The notes under the pieces were generated by a model. The model did no database searches and was not told the origin of the DNA. It saw only the letters and a list, made by a program, of their open reading frames with translations. Made by a program: the position numbers and the translations under genes. This document shows, in pieces, positions 12,401 through 24,400 of a stretch of DNA of 64,000 bases (position 1 is the stretch's first letter; each line of letters starts with the position of its first letter). Location of the stretch: positions 259,787 to 323,786 of the forward strand of contig JAQGDQ010000255.1 in assembly GCA_030141605.1 (NCBI GenBank). The letters are read 5' to 3'. This DNA comes from Tubiluchus corallicola (lineage: Eukaryota > Animalia > Priapulida).

Positions 12401-15400
12401 GACTAATTGCGAGCAAAGGTGGACCGTTCCACCTTATATCACATAGAACAAAATGTGAGTAAAACAAAATACACCAGTCGTATGGTTTTGCTATGTTAGA
12501 AGCTAAATGGTAGAAGTATTTCATTTAGGAACATAGAAACTAAACAGGTGAACAAAGAACATTGTTTAGATAACACCTTGTCCCAAGTTGCAAGAAAAAG
12601 CGAAACAAAGTTCTTACCTTCCAGTCTGTCGACCTCCTTCTGGAGCTTCTGTACAGTCCTCTCGGCAAACTCAGCACGAGTTTCAGCCTATAAGTGAGAA
12701 ACTCATATTAAGCCAAAACTTACAACAGTGTTACAAAAGCACAAAGCGTATAGTTTGCATTTCATTTATAAACATTTCTCATCCAAAAGGTGAAAGCGAC
12801 GAGGAAGCAATTATGCAGTCATTTTTTTGCAGCTGTTTTATTTTGTTTCATTTCCTGATCTACAAAAGAACTGCCCGTTTAGCCGAAAAAGATTTGAAGC
12901 ATCGTTACTTTTTCAATGCATATTCATTTTGCTCGTTTTAAAACAAAATTTGTAAACATTAAGCTTACATCCTTAAGTCTGGCAGTAAGGTCGCGGATCT
13001 GAGTTTCATAGCTGTCTTCTCTTTGTGCAGCCTGAAAAAGAAAAGAGAATAAATAAACAAACACAAAAAACAAAAAATGTTTCAAGAAACTGTTTCAGGC
13101 TTATTAGTTGTTTTATCTTAACTACTCTTGTGTTTTCGTTGAGCAACCTCAACAACCTCAGTGCATATCAAACGACAAACGAAGAAATAATATTGCATTT
13201 CCTGACAACAACTGTGAATTAAGCCAAGGATTGTTTTATATCTATTGTTTTTGTATGGCTATAATACAGTACCTTCTCCTCGCTAACTTCTAGAGATTTC
13301 AGGTTGTTGCCGACAACTCGAAGTTCCTCTTCCAATTCTACAATTTTGCTGTAAAATAGCAAGAAACAATTTACCATTTGACATTCCATCACAATTCATA
13401 TTCTTGCCTTAACATCATGAAGCAAGCAAATGTGATACTGTACTAAAATGCAACGAATGACAGAAATACGACATTTTGCTAATGAAAACAATGTAAATGT
13501 AATACTTTGCTAGTGAAACATTAGCATGAAACATGTAAACATGACATGTGCAAATGAAACGGGTTATCGGTTGGAGCAAAATTCAGGAAATCTGCAAAAC
13601 AATAATGAAGACAAATGCTAGGAGATACAGGAAGCTTGGATTTAACGTGCATCAAGTAGCTGATTCAACGGAAGATAAGAAACATGTGCAAGCTTACCAT
13701 TACTGCGATCTGCCAGGGCACATAAAATAAACCACAAAATGCTTACAAGTTCTAAATGAGCAGCGCTTGTACGAAACGGAGACAGATAAGCAAAATTTTT
13801 TAGAGCAGCCATACATACACGTTTTACATAGCTGTGATGCATGCATTAACTTTTAACGAGACATAATCTAGTGCATGATTTCAGCATAGCGAAGCTTACT
13901 AGGCTGCCATTCCATATTAACTATGCTAAATACGTTTCACAATCTACAACACTGAGCAATTAGACAATAATCCACAATATAATGAAGGGATGATTTGTGT
14001 TTTACTGGTGGCTTCCAAAACTGATGCAATTTTGTATTTTAATTTTGCTAAAAAAAGAAAAATACTATGCTCCAGTTAGGATTTTTTTTGTAAAATCATC
14101 CATTCATATTACACAGCGCAACATTAAGACATTTATTTTTAGCCACTATATTTCTCCTAGAGATTATAATTGCCATTCAAAGCACTTATTAATGAACTGC
14201 AGTTTTTCAGCTCACGAAAACAACATGCTTATTAAGTTAACTTAAAGAGGGGAAGTTAGACAAAAGCAAAGCAGATATTAGACAAAACAACACACATCTG
14301 ACATCAAGAACTCCATTATCATAATCACACACTGCAAATATTTAAGTAGTCAAGCAGGACGTACTACGTGTAAATATCGTAAGTTAACATGCAAACAGTA
14401 AGCGGTAAACGAGCAACATAATCACGCAAATAAACGAAGAAGAACTGGTAATGTATGCAGGTGTAAACAGATGGAAAAGAGAATCAAAACTGGTAAAAGT
14501 GTAATTTGGGGTGTAAAGAATTCAAACGGCAATACGTAGCAATATGGACATAGAGATAAACGACTGCGTTTAACTTATGTGAACATTTTGTGTTGACCGT
14601 AGACGTGGTGACGCACAGAAATGTATTTTCAGACTTTTGCATTGAGGAAAAAAGTATCTGAAGGTGCCCAGAAGTTTTTGTGAAGAACTTGATAGCACGT
14701 GTTTTGATAAAAAGTGTTCAGCGACGAAAATTAACTGAAGAATCAGAAAGTGAAAACTAGAGTAAATGACACGCCACCTTCTGTCAGCTTGAAGTAATTC
14801 ATACTGTGTGCACGTCTTTAAGCGATACACTTCTCTTACAAAAATAAACTAGCAACTGCATGTTTTTGAATGCAGTAGAATGGAGAAAAAGCCGAGGAAG
14901 CAAAAACATCTGTCAATGAAACGTGCTACCACATCTTACGGCTGCGCACAGAATGCTTCATATTACTCATTCATAAACAAAATAATCTCGAAAATTCAAT
15001 TGAAAATAAATGGCGCAGAAGAGGCAGGCATCAGCAGAGAGGTGCTGTACTCACGCTTCACCCCCGGAAGCCCTCTCCTCCGCGCGCTCCAAGTCGGACT
15101 CCATCATCTGCACTCTGCGAGACACCTAACGATTGTAACAATGATAAAGTATTAGACAATTTAGTCGTAATGTAGTGTACTTACGCCTCGCCTGCCTCTG
15201 CACGCTCTTCCGCTCGCTCCAAGTCAGACTCGACCATCTGAACTTTTCGAGCTACCTAGACACACATAAGAAACTACTTAGCATAAACTGTAAATTCAAA
15301 TAATTTTATATGCTTTACTTATTTGTAACGATATGATATGAACAATAGTATAAAAAAGTTTTCCACTTTTCAGTGCAGACAAATAAATAAAGCGTTTTCG

Positions 15401-18400
15401 AAGTCTAAAAAATGTATAACAAACAAGTGTCACAAATAACAGCACTGACCAATGTATAGCAGTTGCTTAGTTTGCTTTTAAATATTTCACCTATCTAAGC
15501 ACATAAACTCTAACAAGTGCTAATTAAATTAAATTGAACAAACTGTTAATTCAAATATTGCACTTCTCATAATGTAATAAATGTCCAGAGCAAACTGTAA
15601 AATATGTGAAACTAAAAGCAGTGATGTAAAATGATGACATCGTCAATTTATCTCTGTAGTCATCGTACTTGGCTCAATTACCTCTACTTCTGTTTGGCAG
15701 TAAAATTAATGTAGATACTATGCTAGATAAAATATCAATCAAAATACACAGTTCCTAAACTTCTAAGAATCAGCAAAACTTAGTTACAACAAAAACATAA
15801 AGAAAACAGTAAATATCTACAAAGCAAATTAAGCTAGAAGGTAATGCAGGTGTATCTAAAAAAAGTACTAAAAGTAATTAAGTGGCTAAAAAATCTTGGA
15901 CCACAGGTTTTGTCGTCAAGAATGTAGATAACCCAAGGTATGGAAGACAAGATTTTTTAAACCACGTACAATATTACTTACTCAGTAGTGTCGTCATTCC
16001 AGTTCTACGAATTAATGCCCAACGTAAAAGCACAATAATGCAAAAAAAGCATGCTGTATAACAAATCAATACCGCATTCTACTTCTAAAACTTATGTAGT
16101 TTAAAGACACAGTAGTAGATTCTGAGCTTTTATAACAGTTTTTCTAACTGACTTATGATTAAGAAATTGAAGTTTGGCAATAAAAGAATTCACCAGCATC
16201 CACTTGAATAGTGACATGATTTATTTCACAACTGACGTTTCAACATCGAAGCAAGATGCCTGTTTTTCCAACACAAACATGCTTCATTACTGTTTTTCAT
16301 AATTTATTGTGCACAATTTTGCTTTAGTTTTAACTGGAAAAAAATTTATGGTAAAATGACCCAAACGACCACTAAAGTACGCAATTTGGAAAATTTCTGA
16401 AAAAGCTAAAAGGTAGACTTGTTTAGAAGTCATTCAAGATTTTCTAGCTAATCGTGAATGAATAATAAATTATTGGTATACATGCTATAGAAACTGTACA
16501 TCTTTAAACTACAAGCTACAAAACTATTCTAGCAAAACATTTGTACATGTGTACAAGCTTTTAGAACACCACGAAATCTGTATGATTTCAAATACATCTA
16601 AAACATTGAGGAAATAACAAATTTTATGTTACTATATGTCAGGTCACCCTGTCTATCCTGGACCATCATAATGCTAAGTCATTACATACAAAATGTTTAG
16701 CAATTTCACAAACACAATGTGGCTGATTAGGTTTACGACTTGACATTCAAAAATGAAAACACAGAACAAACTAAACAAAGTTTCACAAACTGGTCAATGA
16801 ATGATCAGTAAAAATACCTGAACTTTGGGAATCTAGCTATATCTAGCATGCATGCATGCACATATCCGACTGTCTCAGAGGAAACCCAGACAAAACAAGA
16901 GAATTTTTCCTTCAAATTATGCAGGAAAACAACATTCAACCAAAGTTATTATGATGAAAGTTTGAAAAGCACAGTGTTTTACGAAAATATGGCACAATTT
17001 AAATTTAACTATTCTTTCTCAAATTTTGATTTGACGGGTTTCTCAATACCATTTTCCAGAACATTGCTGGCTTTACTGACATTGGCTGGGCTTCCCGAGA
17101 AGTGCTCACAAAGATCATAATTCACAATAATGTATTAGAAATGTTGGCGCTTTTACAGAGATTTGTCCAAAAAATTATTTTAATAATGTAAAAAAATGCT
17201 AGTATTAAGATTATTGGTGTGGTTAATAATCCTAATTCAGCAAAAAGCATTGGTTACTAAAGAAAGCTTTATGGATCTCCTTTGATGCTGTTGATATACA
17301 AAAGTTACTGAAAGACTATTAAGCAAACATGTATGGTTATTAACCTACTGTTTATAGCATAGGAAACATTACATACATATCATAAATCAGGTGATCGGCA
17401 AAAAAGAAAAGAAAAATATGTGCACCGTTACAATTGCCATATCCAGGCAACTGCAGCATGCAATTTCCTCATATGCAGTATCATCAGGCACATTTTAACT
17501 TTAGTTCCATATGAATATATCAACTATGAATAATAAACTGTCGCTACCATTGTGCGGTGATGCGATTAGTACGACGCATTTGCTCTACAAGCGGCAAATT
17601 TTGTACATTTTTTGTTCGACTTGTGCGACAAAATGTAAAAATTTCGGCACATTAGGTGTTACAAGTATGTTGAGCTATGCCGGAGCTGCATAAGTAATAT
17701 TCAATGACCATCCAGCCGGATGCATCAACTGCGTGTTACTCGGATGCAGCATGCAAGCACTGCCGGCTAACCTCATCATATTTTCTATCAGCTTCTTCTG
17801 CGAGAAACTGGGCTTCCTTCAGCTGCATGTCGAGCAAATTGGTGCGTTCTTCCTCGCTGTTCACTCGATTCTCAAGCACCTTGCGATTTCTTGTCAAGGC
17901 AGAAACAAACACAGTTAGTCAATCCGCACTCGCAAAATCAACAGTTTAGTTACCATATCAGTGATGGGCTTGGACGGAGAAAAAGAAATCAGAGCACTGC
18001 ATTTTCCGCACACCATGCACACAGAGCCTACCCTAAAGTGCGAACCCGAGGAGTACTAACACGCATTCACATACTTTTGGACAGGAGCTGTAGATCAGAC
18101 ACGCATGTTGTTAGTACAAAACAGTTGCTAAAACGAAAAACAATGGGTAATTATCAAGGTCGACGCCTTTAGAAAACCATGCCAGATCACCTCATCATAT
18201 TTTCTATCGGCTTCCTCCGCCAAGAACTGGGCTTCCTTGAGTTGCAACTCCAATGCGTCAGTTCTCTCTTCCTCAGATTGGACCTTGTGTTCTAGCATTT
18301 TCCTCATGCTAGCATGTACAATAATCAAGTTAAACTCAGTTAACCCTTTTGTCCACGTCACATATATACACAAACAACCCATGCAAAAAATCCCACAGGT

Positions 18401-21400
18401 CGGGGTCACCTGCGGCTACCTTTTTTCCGTGGCATCCGCATCTGAAAAACAACGTAACAACAACAACAACAAAGACACTCGTGTAGAAGATGCATGCACG
18501 GGGCCATTGGCCAGGTGTGGGTGTTATAGTATATATCTAGTGTCCCCGGTGCGGGGCACCACAGACACACTACACACGCAACTGACGACTTGGCAACGAT
18601 GATGTGAAGACAGAAAGCGGAACACCTAAAACAGGTATTAGACAGCATGAAGATTAGCACGCAGCGCACTCCATCGCATGCATCTGTCACCTCATCGTAT
18701 TTTCGATCCGCCTCCTCCGCCAGAAACTGCGCTTCCTTCAGCTGCAGCTCCAGGGCGTCCGTCCGCTCTTCTTCCGTCTGGCATTTGTGCTCAAGCATTT
18801 TCCGCATGCTAATATAAGGGTAAAAAATTGTCAATTTTCACATTATCACCTGCACAATATCAGCAAAGGGAACCTGTGGGTAAAATACATGTATGAATCA
18901 AACAGCGACTACGTTCTAGAGCTCTAACTACACCAGCAAGCTACGAGAAATCCTTACGCCCACCGAGAGCAAAAGTACAAGGACATAGCCCAACACCGCC
19001 CTAAACGCTAACCAACCGGAGTACCTCTTCAAAACGTTGCTCGGCTGATTCGTGTAATAACTGTGCCTCTCGAAGCTGCATTTCTAACAGCTCACCGCGG
19101 CTGTCGTCCATTGTACTTCTATTCTCCATGGCCTTCCTTGCACTGCGAAACAGAATACACAGAGGCGACTGTAATGGCATGCACATGCAAATAAGAAATG
19201 GTTAACTAAATGGACCAGATTTACATGCATACCTCCTCATACTTCTTATCGGCTTCTTCTGCTAGCACCCTATACTGCTGAATCTCTCGCTGAAGATCAT
19301 CTATTCGATCGTCGTCGACATGGAAGCGATTTTCCATGGCCTTTTTTGCCCTGCCCATGCAGCGAGAAGCGCAATGAAACAAATACAAAACAGACAAATG
19401 CCGGTTAGTCAAATACAGTTTCTATTCTAAGACGTTAGTGAGTTTAAGACAGCATGAGAAGTGATGTGCCAGTCATTGGCTGTCTGGCAAGGTTCTAAAG
19501 AAAAGAGACGGTAAAACTGAAACCACCTGTAGCATAGTTTAGTCCAGCAAGAAATTAAACAATGAAGTGAAGAATTACACCATAAAGAATAACAGATGTC
19601 TGAAAAAGAAAGATGATAGGAGAGAAGTAGTTATTAAGCACAGAACACAAAATATCAACACTGGAAGGAAAAACACAAACACAAAACCAAGGCCACAGAA
19701 ACTTGTAAAACACTTTGATTTAGTAAAAAACAGAATCTATTGCATAACTTGCCATTTACTGTTTTTAGGTTTATGGATAATGTTACAAAGTATAACTACA
19801 GCCATAGACTTTCATTTACTGAAACTAATTAATAAATAGTGTTTCACATTTATCTCAAAACATTCATCATATAAACAATTTTTTTTGTTTACAAAAATTC
19901 TGCAAAATCACTTATAAAACTTCGTTAAGACAACAAAATTTCATTCAACAAAATCTGAATGAAAAAGGATGATGATGCAAGCTTGATTATACACTACTGA
20001 TGGTCACGAGACCATGCTAACTGATGATATATAGTGATCAATAACTGCTGAACACTACCTCATCACTTAATCAGTGATATTAATATGTTCGAATAATCAA
20101 ACCAGTCATTTGATAAAAAAATATGAATTCATATGCAAAAACTATAAAAGCAAAATGAAAAAAATCTTTTGTAAATTTTTTTTGACATTTACAATAACAA
20201 AATCGATGAAAAGGAAATTTCGTCTTTAAGTTCACAAGATCACCTGGACTTAGTTATTAATAACTATATTTCATTTTAAAAGTATTAGTTTTTTGTTTGC
20301 TTTTGAGTTCAGAAACATGAATATAGAATTCTTTTAACAATTTTGTAATTCATTATATAACACCCACAAAAAACCAAGATTGCATCACATTTCATATAAA
20401 AATATTGACTTTTTTAACTAGATCATTTTTATCAAGCCAGAGAAAATAGTTTAAGTAACAGTTTATGTCATACCGTTCACTTTCATCTGCAGCCTTTGAG
20501 GCTTCCTCTAATTTTTCTGTTGCGGTCTTTAATCTTTCCTCAGTTCTTTCCAAATCTTCTTCCAACAACTGGATTCTCCTGTTTAAGTTCTGTACCTCAG
20601 CTTCGGCCTATGGACAAACATTAAACAGGAAAATTGTTGATTACACGCTATTGTTGTAAACGATGTCAAATATAAACAGCTAACTTAGATTTGCCCAAAA
20701 TATGGCGGATAAGTAATAAAATCTCGTTACGTCAGAAAAACTGAGAAACTGGTTCTTAGACACATTTCTTTCAAAAAAGATGAGGACAAAACTGCTCAAT
20801 TTATTTTAGTTTGGAAATAATTGATTTTCAAACAAAAGGCAATGTAGACACAGTCTATAAAAATATAACAGGCATTTCATACCTATAGACTATATCAGCA
20901 GTCCACAATTAAACAACAAGACTCAATTTTACAAGGTACCATGTGTATGCATAGCATGTCTTTAACACCACAAGTAGTTGAAAAAAGCACTGATAAGCAA
21001 CAACAACAACAACAACAAATGCATACACGTGGTGTTTACCAAGGTATTTATGAGCTTTTTCATTTTTAGGTAACAAAACAAGTAAAAAATCACATGTTGT
21101 GCCCAAGAACCAATTACTTAATTTTAAGTGATTGAGCAATAAAGTTACAGCTATATATTTCAAGATAATGAAATGATCACCTTATAATATTTTCTACTTA
21201 AACATAATTTTCCGAATGTCATTAGATGAGAGCAAATGGTTTAAATTAGAACTACCAAGAAGCACTGACAATTTTTATTTGCAAATGAGCAAACCCGAAA
21301 AATATCATCTGTAGAGTTCAATGCTCTACACTAGGAAACTATTCATTATAAAAGTGATTATACAGTAAAAAAGCTTTTGCTGCAATGCGAATATGTGATG

Positions 21401-24400
21401 CAGCAGTATTCCCTCTTTTCTCTATGCAACAATTACAATACAGATCTGATTACAACAAAATGAATGTCACTTCAGTTAAACAGTACACATAGGAATCACG
21501 GATGAATGAATTTTAATATATCTATACGATTTTAAGATTATTTATATAATAGAGGTAGCAAGCTCATAGGCCGGCAAGTAAACCTACGCTTTCTCGCTTA
21601 TGTTCTTCGACTTTTAATTGTCGTTTTAGCTCTTCACATTCATCTTTTGCGCCCTCTAACTCCTCCTTCTGCTGCCTCATTTTCTTTTTAATAACATCTA
21701 CCACACTTGTGCCTGACATTTTGATGCGGAATGCTGTTATCACAGAAAAAGTAAAAAACACCAACACCTCAAATCACTTCTATCAAAATGGTGATGGCCG
21801 AAGAACGTAATATTAGAAAATAGTTCACAGAGAAAATTATTTCCATTTTTCATTCGCTAATCCGATTTTAAGCAGTGAATTTAGCACTACCGTTTAGCGT
21901 GCACAGTACATTATTCAGCTGTTAAAGTTTGTTGCCAAAAAACGTCAAGGTTTAGTTTTTTATCATTTTTCATATTCATTCGCAGCGTGATACGGTCAGG
22001 GTGGGTTTGCTATTTCCTATTCAGGAAGTGTTGGCAGCAGCCGCGGCAGATCTAAACGAACATTTTCCCACGCATTACTGATTTTGCCGGCCGGCTGTAG
22101 CATGATGTAAAATTATATAAGTAGACTTTATAGCTTGCCTACTTTTAGTGTTCGCGAAAATGTCAAGCAAAATATTTAAAAAACTCCCGAAAATGTCATG
22201 GTGGTAGTACACAATTTAGTCTAATTAACTCAATTTAGCTGGAGTCAGTCCGTTTTCTCAGACGGAAATGACTCATCAATGAATGACTCACTGCGCGCAA
22301 ACCCCAGTACCCCGCAGTTCTCGCATGGGTTTCTTTTTCTGGTAAACGATCCCGTGCAAGGCATAATTTCTTAGCGTTTAGAGGCAGTGAATGCCCTTAT
22401 CTTTTAAGGCCTCAGAGGGACCTAATTTAGTCTAGCAGTTTTAAAATCCCTATTATGAACACATAATTTTACACCATATAACCACCTTGTACACCACGAG
22501 CACCTACTGTATAATTACACCAAATTAGTCAAATTTCAAGTCACTCTTTAATTAGGTTACCCACGAAGAAAAATCTCAATTTCAGTAATCGAGTATTTTA
22601 AACACAGTACAATTTGTTCCCTAGGATACTTACATCAGCAGCCTGCTTGTCTTTCTCTTCGAGTTTGTTATTTGCCTGTGATAATTCCTCCTGAGCAGCA
22701 TCCAACTCGTTCTCCACCTGTGTCATCTTCTTCTGGAGAGCCTTCACTTCCTCTTCAGCCTGTCAAAAATAAGTTAAAAACTTCAAAAGTCTTGTAGTTT
22801 CATATATCCAGCTGTATTGCCATATAAAGCACGACAATAAATTAAAATGGGAACAGGTCTACAAAAGATATAATATTACACCTAAAGTACAATTCAGCTT
22901 ACATTGCAGATATTATTAATTCAAACATTAATAGTTATTGAGGGATACACTTGTCTGTTTCTTATTAAATTTTAAATCCTATTTGTATCAGGTTCAAATA
23001 AATTATAGAAATTTCTCTCGAATAATCATAAATAACAATAAAGATTTTAAAAAATTATGCCGCCTTTGATTACTGATTTAGTAATTTTTATAAAAATAAT
23101 AATTATTCTTATTTAAGCCTTAACTGCTTTTACTCTTTCTTAGCTTTACTGATTTTAACAAAAGCTAGTAATAGGTGGCGCGGAGAGCTTGACCGGTATT
23201 GCAAACTACATCGCGGCATAGTCACTGCATGATTATGTCAAATTCTGAGATCACCACCAAAGCGATTCTGAATAACTAATGACTCTGATCTGGTTTCAAG
23301 TTTCGGAGAGAACCTGTTTCTGTATTAAAGCTTTTCAGATACAATGTTACAATTAACAAAATGTACCATCTTCTAAAATGGTGATGACTTCTACAGAATG
23401 AAATGTTAAAAAATGCAAAGGCTATTTGTTGTAAAACGGAAAACTTTATGTTTCATTCGTGTAATTTCTGTTTCATAAATGTGTGTCTCTAGAAATAATT
23501 CAGGACGTTGAAATACCAGTGCAGCTCTTTTTCTTAAGTTTTACTATTTTTTAAACAGATTTTGTTTTCATAACTCTTGATGTACAGAAAAAAACCTGAT
23601 TGACATACCTCATAAGAATGAGTTGGTATTCTAATACAACTGAGAGGCATATAAGATTAGATATCTGTGTTTTAACAGTGAAAGTGCTTCAACTGTAATC
23701 TAGTGATACAAATAGTAAACTAACATTTACTAGATCGATTTGTAGCCTTTATAAACTCCTGTGCTATATGAAAAATAGTTTATTTTGGTCAAGATTAAAA
23801 AGTAAGTTACAACGTAATTAAGTATTAATTTTAAAGTCAATGTTAAATTCATTAATATTGACTAGAAGAAAGTTTGAACTATGCTAGTTAAGTAAACTTT
23901 CGTTAAATTTTACTAATTTGTCGGTGAAATGCAAGCGCAGGTAGTTTTGTTAAGTTAAGCGCCGTTTTGGGCTAATGATCTTTCCTGTCAGCATTTAAGA
24001 TCGCTATTATCGCGATTATACGTAAATTAGAATATTAGCTAACAGCGAGGGACTTTAATAGCCTTTTATACAGTTGTCATACATGTGTCAATTACTTATT
24101 ATCCGAGCAAAAATTAATAAAAGGTGTGTTAAGCAGGAAAATAATTTCATTTGACACAAATCGGAAAAATGTTACATTTCCACAAAAACGTATGGCAAAA
24201 TTATTTTATTTCCATACCCACTATTAAATATTGACAAAGAACGGCCCGTCAATGAACTGTGGAAGTGCACATATTCTAAAACTCGCTGGTTGACAGTGGG
24301 ATGTACCCTCAATAAATTTTCCCGTATTTTTATTTTCCATTATTTTTATATATTTTCTATTATTTTCCCCTATTTTTATATTCCCTTATTTTTCAGCATA

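Noticed and set aside
18191-18808. 4C/4D as an assembly duplication (exactly 500 bp offset)
   Set aside because: Twenty synonymous codon differences and dissimilar flanking introns rule out an artefact; the round offset is coincidental
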